From positions 768,001 through 832,000 of the forward strand of contig JBJMOW010000004.1 in the NCBI GenBank assembly GCA_045803545.1: DNA of 64,000 bases, written 5' to 3'. Numbering within the stretch: position 1 is the stretch's first letter; each line of letters opens with the position of its first letter. A model generated the notes under the pieces. That model was not told the origin of the DNA and did no database searches. It saw only the letters and a list, made by a program, of their open reading frames with translations. Positions 46,770 through 56,418 of the stretch are shown here, piece after piece. The position numbers were made by a program, and so were the translations under genes. The stretch is from Gemmatimonadaceae bacterium (lineage in GTDB: Bacteria; Gemmatimonadota; Gemmatimonadetes; Gemmatimonadales; Gemmatimonadaceae).

Positions 46770-47840
46770 TTATCCGAATGTGAAATCATACGCTTCTACT
46801 CCCGCGTCGCCGAACTGGATCTCGAACGTGCGATCGGTGACGCGATCCCGCAGCCGCACCAGCTGATAGCAGCGCTGATGCGTCACGGAACCGTTGCCCT
46901 CCGCATCGGTGTCATCGCCGTGTGAAGCGCCTGGCGGCTTGCCATCAACCTTCACCGTGAACCGCACGGATTGTCCTTTCGACGGCGGACTCATTATCAG
47001 ATTCACATCTCGTCCGTGGAACCGATAGACGATGCTGCCGTTCGGCTCGTTTAGAACCACCGGTCTGTCTTTGATCGTCCAGTTGCCGTTGAGCGCCCAC
47101 TGATTGAGCGACAATCTCGACGGAACGGTATACAGGTGCGGCAGATCCTCGCGCGTATCGCCGGTGAATCCTTCGGCCTGGCGATATCCGAGATAGTTCT
47201 CCTGTGATCGTAGCGTACCGTAATCCGCGGCGACCTCGAGCCCGCGCGGATCTACTTTCACGAGCTGCCCATCAGTCTTCTTCCCGGCTTCGTTGAGCAA
47301 GCGCTGAACGGTCCGCTCGATACCGTCGTAATTGCCTTCGCCGTAATGATGAAAGCGCAGCGTGCCGTTGGCATCGGCGATGTACGCCGCCGGCCAGTAG
47401 TTGTTATCGAAGGCGTGCCAGATTCCGTAATCACTGTCCACAGCGATCGGATAGTTGACGTTCATCGCCTTCGCCGCCCAGCGGATGTTCTCTATGTCTT
47501 TCTCGAACGCAAACTCTGGCGTGTGCGCGCCGATCACCACCAACCCCTGATCCTTATACTTCTCCGCCCACGCACGCACGTAGGGAAGGGTGCGAGTCCA
47601 GTTGACGCATGTGTACGTCCAGAAATCGACTAGCACTACCTTTCCGCGCAGTCCTTCCGGCGTCAGCGGTGGCGAGTTGATCCATTCCGTCGCTCCGCTC
47701 AGCGACGGCAGGGTACCTTCATTGACTAGCGCTGCACAGGCCATCTGTTGAATCGCTGCTCCGATTGCGCCAAGCCTCGCCGCGCCGAGCGCGGCCGCTG
47801 CGGCCCCGATGAAGCTGCGGCGGTCACAAGCTGTCGACAT
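46770..47840 (-). CDS. Tat-exported DipZ-like redoxin/thioredoxin protein
   Basis: DRRSFIG; LRGKVVLVDFWTYTCVNW, HTPEF, FDNNYWPA, C-terminal FTFG. Confidence 0.9.
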   Translation of the reverse strand: MSTACDRRSFIGAAAAALGAARLGAIGAAIQQMACAALVNEGTLPSLSGATEWINSPPLTPEGLRGKVVLVDFWTYTCVNWTRTLPYVRAWAEKYKDQGLVVIGAHTPEFAFEKDIENIRWAAKAMNVNYPIAVDSDYGIWHAFDNNYWPAAYIADANGTLRFHHYGEGNYDGIERTVQRLLNEAGKKTDGQLVKVDPRGLEVAADYGTLRSQENYLGYRQAEGFTGDTREDLPHLYTVPSRLSLNQWALNGNWTIKDRPVVLNEPNGSIVYRFHGRDVNLIMSPPSKGQSVRFTVKVDGKPPGASHGDDTDAEGNGSVTHQRCYQLVRLRDRVTDRTFEIQFGDAGVEAYDFTFG

Positions 47841-48870
47841 CGACGATCGCCCGGGCAAATGACTGCGGATCCTCCTGCGGAACGTTGTGACCGATGCCGT
47901 TCAAAACGCGGTGCTCGTACTTGCCGGTGAATCTGTCTGCGTACGCCTTGCCGTCGCCGGCAGCTCCATCGAAATCGCTGCCAATGGTGATCGATGGCAC
48001 TGTGATTCTCGGCCGTTCGAAAAGTCTGCGCTCGAGATCGGCGTACTTCGCTTCGCCATCGGCAACGCTCAGGCGCCAACGATAGTTATGAATGACGATG
48101 CTGACGTGGTCGGGATTGCTGAACGATGCCGCACTGCGATCGTACGTCGCGTCATCGAAGTTCCATTTCGGTGACGCGAGCTGCCAGATCAGTTTGTTGA
48201 AGTCGTGGGTGTTCCTGGTGTAGCCGAGTACGCCGCGTTCGGTGGCGAAGTAGTACTGATACCACCAGCCCAGCTCGGCCTTCGGCGGTAGCGGCTGCAT
48301 GTTGGTCTGCAGGTTCACCATGATGTAGCCACTTACCGCGACGAGTCCTTTGACGCGATCCGGCCAGAGCGCTGCCATGATACCGGCAGTGCGCGAGCCC
48401 CAGTCAAACCCGCCGACGATTGCTTTCTGGATCTTGAGCGCGTCCATCAGCGCGATGGTATCGACCGCGATGACTGCCTGCTCGCCGTTGCGCAGCGTGT
48501 TATCCGACAGAAACCGAGTCGTACCGTAGCCGCGCAGGTAGGGCATAATAACTCTGTATCCCCGCGCGGCCAGAATCGGCGCGACGTTCTCGAAGGCGTG
48601 AATGTCATACGGCCAACCATGAAGCAGCACGACCGGCGTGCCATTCGACGGCCCGGCTTCGGCGTAGCCGACGTTCAGGACGCCGGCTTCGATCTGTTTG
48701 ATCGAATCGAATGACATGCGAGTCGGTGGTGCAACGGCGGTTCCGCTTTCAGGCATCAGCGCAGTGGTCGACATTTTCGAGAAACTCTTCGCACCGAATC
48801 GTGCTGCGCCCAGTGTAACCATCGCGCTCTGCAGAAAGCGGCGACGATCGCTGGGCTCTGGCTCGTTCAC
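47824..48870 (-). CDS. Tat-exported alpha/beta hydrolase (epoxide hydrolase-like)
   Basis: DRRRFL; LHGWP, PYLRGYG, GFDWG, GHNVPQE. Confidence 0.92.
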   Translation of the reverse strand: MNEPEPSDRRRFLQSAMVTLGAARFGAKSFSKMSTTALMPESGTAVAPPTRMSFDSIKQIEAGVLNVGYAEAGPSNGTPVVLLHGWPYDIHAFENVAPILAARGYRVIMPYLRGYGTTRFLSDNTLRNGEQAVIAVDTIALMDALKIQKAIVGGFDWGSRTAGIMAALWPDRVKGLVAVSGYIMVNLQTNMQPLPPKAELGWWYQYYFATERGVLGYTRNTHDFNKLIWQLASPKWNFDDATYDRSAASFSNPDHVSIVIHNYRWRLSVADGEAKYADLERRLFERPRITVPSITIGSDFDGAAGDGKAYADRFTGKYEHRVLNGIGHNVPQEDPQSFARAIVDVDSL

Positions 48871-49580
48871 CAGCCGGCACGTGCAAGCGGTCGCGTGAGC
48901 AGCACTCGGCTCACCATCACGATCCAGGCGAGGAGGAGAATCGGCGACACGAACAGCGCGAAGGCGCCGGTCGGTGACCAGAAACCGTCGCTCATCCACG
49001 TGGTACCGCCGAGCACACCGAGCACGACCGCCACGACACCCGCGGTGAAGAGACCACTCGAGATCATTCCGGCGCGCCAGAGACCGAACACCCCCGACAT
49101 GATCAGCATCGCGCGCGGGAACGAGATCAACACCATCAGCACCCACGCAAAGTCGTTGAGTGCTGACGTCAGCGCGCCATTTCCCGAGCCGGCGATGGAA
49201 TAAGCGAGTGCTGCTCCGATTGCGATGATCAGGTAGTACAGTGCGCCGAACGCTGCGCTCGACACCGACGCTGCCGTAGCCCAACCCTCTTGACCGGCTT
49301 CGACCAGGGTGTTTCGCAGCGACGCAGCGAACCACAACAGGTTGAGCAGGTTCAGCCCGGCAAAAAAGGAAGCGATGAGAATCCGCGTGCGATGAGCGGC
49401 GTAGAATGCGGTCACCGTGTCGCCCGAAGCCCCGATGCGCGGCACGGCGCCATAAATAACAGCGACGATGATGGAAAAGCCGATGAATTGAAGTCCGGCC
49501 GTGCGCCACTGCTTATCCCACATCGCGCGCTGTAAAGTTGCGCTCGGTGATGATGCCATGGCTGTCGTTGATGCGGTCAT
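48867..49580 (-). CDS. Multi-TM hypothetical membrane protein
   Basis: About six hydrophobic helices; SD GAGGAG; GTGA overlap with the next gene. Confidence 0.8.
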   Translation of the reverse strand: MTASTTAMASSPSATLQRAMWDKQWRTAGLQFIGFSIIVAVIYGAVPRIGASGDTVTAFYAAHRTRILIASFFAGLNLLNLLWFAASLRNTLVEAGQEGWATAASVSSAAFGALYYLIIAIGAALAYSIAGSGNGALTSALNDFAWVLMVLISFPRAMLIMSGVFGLWRAGMISSGLFTAGVVAVVLGVLGGTTWMSDGFWSPTGAFALFVSPILLLAWIVMVSRVLLTRPLARAGW

Positions 49581-49692
49581 CAGGATCTCCTCTCGGAATC
49601 GCCGGCGGCGAAGTGATCGCCATAGGGGGTGCCGGCAAATTTCTCCCCCAGGAGGCGTGAATTCATGCTCCTTCTCCGGTCGGCGAGCGAGA

Positions 49693-50499
49693 TTATTTCG
49701 CAGTTGCCGTCGCAGCTTCCTCGATCAGTCGCGCCACGACTTTCGGATGCGATATGAACGCGACGTGACTGGCGTTGATCTCACTCGTGGTCGCTCCCAT
49801 CCGCTTGGCGTAGAAACGCTCGAGATCCGGATTCAACGCGTGATCCTGGCGTGACACCAGATACCACGACGGAATGGTCTTCCACGCCGGTGAATCGATC
49901 GTCGCGGCGAATACAGAATTGTGAACCGGCTTCTGCGTGGCGCAGACCACGCCTGCCGCACTTTCTGGCAGATCAGCGGCAAATATGTTGTGGACCTGGT
50001 CGCAGGCGATGTAGAGGAAGCCAGCGGCATCGGGCCGCAGCGCTTTGCCGAGCCCGGTCGGATACTTGTCCGTCAGCGGGCCGACCGGCTCGTTTGCTTC
50101 GGGCGCAAACGCAGCGAGGTAGACCAGCGCTTTCACGTTTGGATTACCGGCGGCAGCGCCGCTGATCACGAGGCCGCCGTACGAATGTCCAACCACTACC
50201 ACCGGTCCCTTTTGCGCATCGATGAGTCGTTTGGTGGTGGCGATGTCGTCAGGAGCTGACGAGAGAGGGTTCTGAACCGCGACTACGTGGTAGCCGTCGT
50301 TAATCAAGAGCGGTATCAGATATTGGAAGCTGCTCGCGTCGGCAAAGGCGCCGTGCACGAGCACGATTGTCGGCTTCGCCGCGGCGGCGCCGGCGGTTGT
50401 GCGGGAGCTTTTCGCCATCCCGGCGGTTTGAGCTCCAACACCGGCTCCGGCGATGAGCAAAAGGGCGAGCGAGATTGAGCCAACTGTCTTCGAAATCAT
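49693..50499 (-). CDS. Exported alpha/beta hydrolase (Abhydrolase_6)
   Basis: LVHGAFAD, GHSYGG, ASHVAFISHP. Confidence 0.93.
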   Translation of the reverse strand: MISKTVGSISLALLLIAGAGVGAQTAGMAKSSRTTAGAAAAKPTIVLVHGAFADASSFQYLIPLLINDGYHVVAVQNPLSSAPDDIATTKRLIDAQKGPVVVVGHSYGGLVISGAAAGNPNVKALVYLAAFAPEANEPVGPLTDKYPTGLGKALRPDAAGFLYIACDQVHNIFAADLPESAAGVVCATQKPVHNSVFAATIDSPAWKTIPSWYLVSRQDHALNPDLERFYAKRMGATTSEINASHVAFISHPKVVARLIEEAATATAK

Positions 50500-50602
50500 T
50501 GTCTTCTCCGCGTGAGGCATGCGAGCTCGAATCCGAGTACGCCCTGCCGAGGAAACTGCGAATCGCAGAGAAGACAAATGCAGCCGTCGCGCACCCTGCT
50601 CT

Positions 50603-50647
50603 ATTGCACCATAGTATCGACAGGGTCGGACCGATACGAAGGTATCA
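50603..50647. promoter_or_regulatory. Bipartite operator, copy 1
   Basis: TGCACcataGTATC (50605-50618) plus GATACgaagGTATC (50633-50646); matches 54915-54946. Confidence 0.6.
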
Positions 50648-50681
50648 TGAGGTCTTCAACGCTGGTGAGGTATCGTCACGT

Positions 50682-51053
50682 ATGCCTGCTCGACCACTCG
50701 TCTCGGTTGTCGACGACGACGAATCCGTGCGCGAGTCCCTCCCGGACCTGCTGCGCGAGCTCGGATTCGAAGCCCGGACGTTTTCTTCTGCCGAGGAGTT
50801 TCTCGATTCCGAGTCGATCGACCAGACTCAGTGTCTGCTTCTCGACATCGCGATGCCGGGGATGAGCGGGCCTGAGCTGCATCTGGAGCTGGTACGCCAG
50901 CAGCGGCTGATTCCGGTGGTGTTCATCACCGCAAATCCGGCGGAAAACATTCGTCCGCAATTGCTTCAGGCAGGCGCGGTGGACTACTTGACCAAGCCGT
51001 TCTCCGAGGCCGCGCTCTTCGATGCCGTGACGAGCGCGCTCGGCGAGGCCTGA
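50682..51053 (+). CDS. Single-domain response regulator
   Basis: VVDDD, LLDIAMPGMSG, FIT, YLTKPF. Confidence 0.93.
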   Translation: MPARPLVSVVDDDESVRESLPDLLRELGFEARTFSSAEEFLDSESIDQTQCLLLDIAMPGMSGPELHLELVRQQRLIPVVFITANPAENIRPQLLQAGAVDYLTKPFSEAALFDAVTSALGEA

Positions 51054-51076
51054 TAGTATCCTTCACGCGGGAGGAT

Positions 51077-51754
51077 TTGACGAGCTCTATGCTGGAACAG
51101 GAAACCCAACTACCGTCAGCAGTCGAGACCACACCGGTCGTGTTCGTCGTGGACGACGACATCTCTGTACGAGAATCACTTGAAGGGCTGATCCGCTCCA
51201 CTGGTTGGCGATGCGAGACGTTTGCCTCGGCGACTGAATTCCTCGTGCGCTCGCGGGCTGGCGGCCCGAGCTGTCTCGTCCTCGACGTTCAGCTTCCAGA
51301 TTTGAGCGGGCTCGATGTGCAGGAGCGTATCGGCACGGACCGACTCGACATGCCGATCATCTTTATCAGCGGTCATGGCGACGTGCCGATGACAGTCAGG
51401 GCGATGAGAGCGGGCGCCGTCGAATTTCTGACGAAGCCGATTAGTGACCAGGCACTACTGAGCGCGATCAGGAATGCGCTCGAGCGCAGCGTAATCGCGT
51501 TCGGCAATGAATCGGACTTGAAATTCGTCAGGGAATGCTATGCGTCCCTGAGCCGCCGCGAGCGCGAAGTCATGATCCTCGTCGTGAAAGGCAGTTTGAA
51601 CAAGCAGGTCGCGGCGCAGCTAGGCATCAGCGAGATCACGGTGAAGGCGCATCGCGGACGAGTGATGCGGAAGATGCACGCAGATTCTCTTGCTCAGCTG
51701 GTAAATATTGCGGGGCGTCTTCGTGTTCCCACACAGGTGTTCATGCGAACGTAA
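51077..51754 (+). CDS. FixJ/NodW-family response regulator (REC + LuxR HTH)
   Basis: VVDDD, LDVQLPDLSG, GHGDVPMTVRAM, LNKQVA...ISEITVKAHRG. Confidence 0.95.
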   Translation: MTSSMLEQETQLPSAVETTPVVFVVDDDISVRESLEGLIRSTGWRCETFASATEFLVRSRAGGPSCLVLDVQLPDLSGLDVQERIGTDRLDMPIIFISGHGDVPMTVRAMRAGAVEFLTKPISDQALLSAIRNALERSVIAFGNESDLKFVRECYASLSRREREVMILVVKGSLNKQVAAQLGISEITVKAHRGRVMRKMHADSLAQLVNIAGRLRVPTQVFMRT

Positions 51755-51855
51755 AAGTTGGTGTAAGGGTATCCCCTGCGGCGCAATCGGACCGTATAAT
51801 CAACCCGGCATCCGAGGATGGCTGATCGCAAAGGCCATCGCGCGAGGATCCGCAG

Positions 51856-53451
51856 TTGATCGACACCGACATCAGGGAGTGGGTCGAAGGATTTCCCGGC
51901 CTCATGGTCACCATGAGCGTCATGGGACAGGTCGAGCTATTCAGCAATGAGGTCCTCGAGTATTTCGGGAAGACCGCCGAGGAATTGCGGACCTGGCAGC
52001 TGACCGACGCCGTCCATCCGGACGATTTGTTGCGAGTGATTGCGGCATTCACAGAGTCGGTGACGACCGGAAAACCGTATACCATCGAACATCGCTGCCG
52101 CAGGGCCGACGGCGCATACCGCTGGTTTCAAGTTCGCGCGTTGGCCATTCAGGGCAAAAATGATCATGTGACTGGATGGTTCGTGGTGCTGTCCGACATC
52201 GACGACGTCAAACGCGCAGAAGAACGGATGCGGGCGACGCAGCGCAACCTCACCGAAACCATTGACGCGCTACGCAGAAGCGAGACCTTCCTCCTCGAGA
52301 TCCAGCGACTTAGTCACACCGGCGGCTGGCGGTATGACGTGGCGACGGACACAGTAGAAAGTTCGCCCGAGATCCAGCGCTTTTACGATCCGCAGCCGCA
52401 CGAGGATATCTCGAAGCCCGCGTTCTGGTTCGACAGGATTCATCCGGACGACAGGCCCCGGGTGCAGTCGCATTTCGTGCGTTGCCTCCAGGAGCGAACC
52501 GAATATCAGGACGGCTATCGAATCCTCCTTCCGGACGGCGCGATCAGGTACCAGTACGCTACCGGCCATCCCGTCGTGGATGCTGCCGGCAACCTCGTGG
52601 AGTTCATGGGCGCGTCGATGGACATGACCGAGCATTGGCAGGCTAGCACCGAGCTGCATCAAACATCCGAAACACTGCGCGAGCTGCAAATCGCTATGTC
52701 ACGCGCCGCGCACGTTGCGACCGCAGGCGAGCTCGCCGCTTCAATTGCGCACGAGGTCAATCAACCGCTGTCGGGGATCATTACAAACTCCAGTACGTGC
52801 CTGCGGATGCTCGACGCCGAGCCACCGAACGTCGATGGCGCGCGCGAGACAGCGAGGCGAACGATTCGTGACGGCAATCGCGCGTCAGAGGTGGTTGCGC
52901 GCCTGCGAGGGTTGTTCAGCAAGCAGGAGTTCACTTTCGACTGGCTGGATCTCAATGAGGCGACGCAGGAGGTCATCGCGTTGTCGTCGAGTGATCTGCA
53001 GCGCAACAACATCACCGTTGAATCAGATCTCGACGAACGTCTTCCGCAGATCACGGGCGACCGCATCCAGCTTCAGCAGGTGATTCTGAACCTTATCCGC
53101 AACGCAACGGACGCGATGACCGACGTCGATGGGCGTCCGCGGCGATTGATCGTGCGAACCGTTCGTGACAGCGATGGCGTGCGATTCACAGTACGGGATA
53201 CGGGAACGGGAATCGACCCCGACAGCGCGAACAAGGTTTTCAACGCCTTCTACACAACCAAGAACGGCGGTATGGGTATCGGCCTGTCCGTCAGCCGCTC
53301 GATCATCGAGAGCCATCACGGCCGCATCTGGGCGGAGTCCAACGACGACATCGGCGCGACCTTCGCGTTTTCGATTCCGACCAAAGCGAAAGCTCTGGCA
53401 ATCCCGGACGTGAGTATAAGTCCGAGGGTCGCGCCGACCGCAGCAGTTTGA
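51856..53451 (+). CDS. Cytoplasmic PAS-domain histidine kinase (FixL/NodV-like)
   Basis: Two PAS_3 domains (VHPDD, IHPDD), AHEVNQPL, QQVILNLIRNA, FYTTK, GMGIGLS; start uncertain. Confidence 0.93.
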   Translation: MIDTDIREWVEGFPGLMVTMSVMGQVELFSNEVLEYFGKTAEELRTWQLTDAVHPDDLLRVIAAFTESVTTGKPYTIEHRCRRADGAYRWFQVRALAIQGKNDHVTGWFVVLSDIDDVKRAEERMRATQRNLTETIDALRRSETFLLEIQRLSHTGGWRYDVATDTVESSPEIQRFYDPQPHEDISKPAFWFDRIHPDDRPRVQSHFVRCLQERTEYQDGYRILLPDGAIRYQYATGHPVVDAAGNLVEFMGASMDMTEHWQASTELHQTSETLRELQIAMSRAAHVATAGELAASIAHEVNQPLSGIITNSSTCLRMLDAEPPNVDGARETARRTIRDGNRASEVVARLRGLFSKQEFTFDWLDLNEATQEVIALSSSDLQRNNITVESDLDERLPQITGDRIQLQQVILNLIRNATDAMTDVDGRPRRLIVRTVRDSDGVRFTVRDTGTGIDPDSANKVFNAFYTTKNGGMGIGLSVSRSIIESHHGRIWAESNDDIGATFAFSIPTKAKALAIPDVSISPRVAPTAAV

Positions 53452-53474
53452 GTGACTCGACTCTGCCCTCGACG

Positions 53475-54851
53475 TTAGTCCGCGCGGCCACTCGCTGTCG
53501 ATGCGCTCCGGAGTGACCTGAAGCCATCGCGCATCGCGCTTACGAAATACTCCGGCTGCTCCCACGCCGCGAAGTGTCCGCCCTTAGGGAACTTCTCGTA
53601 GTAAATCATTTTGGGGTAAGCCTTCTCCGCCCAGGTGCGTGGCGCCGCGTAGATCTCGTCCGGGAACACCGTCACCACGACGGGTAGCTGAATATTCCTC
53701 ACCGTGAAGAAGCCGCCTGGCGGAAGTGTGTGACTGTTGTCCCAGTACAGACGTGCGGACGATACCGCCGTGTTCGTCAACCAGTACATGGTGATGTTAT
53801 CGAGGATATCGTCTCGCGAGAGACCTTCGCGCTGACCCGCAAACACACGTGAGATGAGTTTCTGGCTGGCGTCATCGTGATCGAGAATCCACGCGGCCAG
53901 ACCGACTGGCGAGTCGGCGATGCCGTACAATGTCTGCGCACGCAACGACATCTCATTTGCGTAGCCGAGGCCGTTCCTGTAGAAAAAGCCCAGCTGATCC
54001 CACGCTCTCGATTCGTCGGCACTGAGATCTGCCGGCTTTGGTTTGCCCGCGGAAATCGCTGCATCGATCTCGGGCGCAACTGTCGCCGCCATGTTGGTCG
54101 AAATGCCGAGTAATTCCGGTGGTCCCTGAAGCGCCATGGTCTCCGTGACGGCATTGCCCCAGTCCCCACCCTGCGCGACGAACGTCGTGTAGCCGAGGTT
54201 CTTCATCAGCGTCGTCCAGGCTTTGGCGATTCTTACAGGGTTCCATCCGGGCGATGTCGGTTTGCCGGAGAAGCCGTAACCGGGAAGCGAAGGGATTACC
54301 ACATCAAAAGCATCGGCGGAGCTTGCACCGTACTTCGTCGGATTGGTGAGCGGATCGATGATCTTCATCTGCTCGATGAATGAGCCCGGCCAACCGTGCG
54401 TTACGATTATCGGTAGCGCGTTCTTTTCCTTCGACTTGACGTGAATGAAATGAATGTCCAGCCCATCGATGTTGGTGATGAAATTCGGGTACGAGTTGAT
54501 CCTCTTCTCGGCTCTGCGCCAGTCGTAGTCGTTCGCCCAATAGTTGGCGAGTGCCTGCATCGTCGCGAGCTGTACGCCCTGGGTATCGTCGGTGACCGTT
54601 TCTTTCTCGGGCCACCTGGTCGCTTTAACGCGCCGCTTCAGGTCTGTAAGCTGCTCTTCGGGGAAGCTCGCGTGAAATGTTCGGATCTCGGACCGGCCAG
54701 TCTTCAATGCCGCGTCTTTCGAACTTTCAGTTCTGGTTTGCATTGCCTCCAACCTCCGTGAAAAAGCGACAAGACCCAATTGGCCCGCCGCAACAGTCGC
54801 GGCGGCAGCACTGACAAAGCGACGGCGGTTTAGATCGGGCGTGTCGGACAT
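53475..54851 (-). CDS. Epoxide hydrolase (EHN domain), Tat-type signal
   Basis: NRRRFV; YDWR, HGWPGS, PSLPGYGFS, QGGDWG, GGHFAAWEQP. Confidence 0.95.
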   Translation of the reverse strand: MSDTPDLNRRRFVSAAAATVAAGQLGLVAFSRRLEAMQTRTESSKDAALKTGRSEIRTFHASFPEEQLTDLKRRVKATRWPEKETVTDDTQGVQLATMQALANYWANDYDWRRAEKRINSYPNFITNIDGLDIHFIHVKSKEKNALPIIVTHGWPGSFIEQMKIIDPLTNPTKYGASSADAFDVVIPSLPGYGFSGKPTSPGWNPVRIAKAWTTLMKNLGYTTFVAQGGDWGNAVTETMALQGPPELLGISTNMAATVAPEIDAAISAGKPKPADLSADESRAWDQLGFFYRNGLGYANEMSLRAQTLYGIADSPVGLAAWILDHDDASQKLISRVFAGQREGLSRDDILDNITMYWLTNTAVSSARLYWDNSHTLPPGGFFTVRNIQLPVVVTVFPDEIYAAPRTWAEKAYPKMIYYEKFPKGGHFAAWEQPEYFVSAMRDGFRSLRSASTASGRAD

Positions 54852-54912
54852 TCGAGTCGTTTCCGTTGGCGGGGGATTGGCAGAATAATTCCAACAAGTC
54901 GGCAATCCCTGT

Positions 54913-54947
54913 ATTGCACGTTGGTATCGGTCGATACCTTGGTATCA
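54913..54947. promoter_or_regulatory. Bipartite operator, copy 2
   Basis: TGCACgttgGTATC (54915-54928) plus GATACcttgGTATC (54933-54946). Confidence 0.6.
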
Positions 54948-54980
54948 GTGCAGCGCGCGCGCCCTTCGCGGCAACTCGTG

Positions 54981-56246
54981 TCAAAGTACGCGCGTGATTT
55001 GATTCGCCGCCCATTCCTTTACATGCTCGGTGACCGGCCGCCGGCGGAACTCAGCGTAGTCGACTGCTGTGGCCTGACGGAGGTCATTCTTGAACATGGC
55101 TTGCATTTGCCGACCAAAGCCGGAATCGAGCACCACCAGCGTTGCCTCGTCGTTCAGCGCGAGCGAACGGTTGTCAAAGTTCATCGTTCCGACGCTCGAC
55201 CAGATACCATCGACGACGAAGGTCTTCGCATGCAGCGTCGTCGGGTCATATTCGTAAATCCGCACACCCGCGGCGAGCAGTGCGTCGTAGCGCCCGTGCG
55301 CGGCCAGACGCGCAACGCGAACATCGGTCTTGGGACCTCCTACCAGCAGCTGCACGTCAACACCTCGGCGTGCTGCGTCAATCAACAGTCCAACAAAGTT
55401 CTTGTCGGGCGCGAAGTATGCGTTGGTGATGTAGAGGCTGCGCTGCGCGCCGGCGATAGACATTGCCAGATAGCGTTCAGCAGGAGTGCTGCCGAGCGTC
55501 GGCGCGGTGTAGAGCAGTGCCGCCGATGAAACACCGCCGTTCAATGGCGGCGGCTGAATGCGTCCGGTAAAAAGGTCTCCGGTCGCTTCCGCCCATCCGG
55601 CGGTGACGGCCTCCAGCAAATGCATTACGGCGGGTCCCTTGATCCGCACAGCGGTGTCGCGCCAACCGGTGCCCGGGCGCTTCTCGCCCAACCACTTGTC
55701 GTCGAAGCCAAAGCCGCCGGTCCAACCGACTTCCCAGTCGATGACGACACCTCTGATGTGCGCACGGTTCTGGATAATCCAGAGATTGCGAACGCGCAGC
55801 GGCCGGAACGGAACGATCTGTACGCCGGCCTTGCGCAGTCTCTCGGAGTACGCTCCGCCAAGGGCCTTCGCACCAAAAGCGTCATAGAGCACGTAGACGG
55901 CAACGCCCGCTCGCGCACGCTCAGTTAGAATCTCCGCCAGCGTCTCGGTCACTTCGCCGGCCAGTGCGTAATACATCTGGATGCTGATCGCGATTTTAGC
56001 GGCGCGCAGATCTTCCCACAGTTGTGGGAAAACGCCGCCGTCGAGCACCAGCTCGATTTCATTCCCGGGAAGAAGCTCGGAACCGGTCAGGAGCGAGAAT
56101 GTGGTCGGGAACTCACTCTCTTCGGGCGAAACGGGTGCGCCGTCGACGCCGACACCGCGCACTCGTCGCACCGCGGTGCCGCGCGTGACGAAGAGGAAGC
56201 CGATGATGGCAGCGACGAGTACTGCCGCCACCAGTACCCAATTCAT
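54981..56246 (-). CDS. Cardiolipin synthase-like phospholipase D
   Basis: N-terminal TM; first motif HIRGVVID...TGG, second motif HAKTFVVD...GTMNFD. Confidence 0.9.
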   Translation of the reverse strand: MNWVLVAAVLVAAIIGFLFVTRGTAVRRVRGVGVDGAPVSPEESEFPTTFSLLTGSELLPGNEIELVLDGGVFPQLWEDLRAAKIAISIQMYYALAGEVTETLAEILTERARAGVAVYVLYDAFGAKALGGAYSERLRKAGVQIVPFRPLRVRNLWIIQNRAHIRGVVIDWEVGWTGGFGFDDKWLGEKRPGTGWRDTAVRIKGPAVMHLLEAVTAGWAEATGDLFTGRIQPPPLNGGVSSAALLYTAPTLGSTPAERYLAMSIAGAQRSLYITNAYFAPDKNFVGLLIDAARRGVDVQLLVGGPKTDVRVARLAAHGRYDALLAAGVRIYEYDPTTLHAKTFVVDGIWSSVGTMNFDNRSLALNDEATLVVLDSGFGRQMQAMFKNDLRQATAVDYAEFRRRPVTEHVKEWAANQITRVL

Positions 56247-56418
56247 CACGCGACCGAAGTGATGCAGAAACGCAGGCTGAGCGATTGCCGCGATTGAGCG
56301 AACGAGTATCAAGAACACTGAGCTTGTCTCTCCTCCACCGCCACCAAGTTACCGAATCGTGATCTTCGGCGTGGCGGGCGCGTTGACGCGGCCGATGGCA
56401 CGAGCGACACTTCGCGCT

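Noticed and set aside
51818..51859. ATG with GAGG out of frame before the PAS kinase (possible frameshift)
   Set aside because: Only 13 codons; the kinase PAS domain looks complete from TTG 51856.
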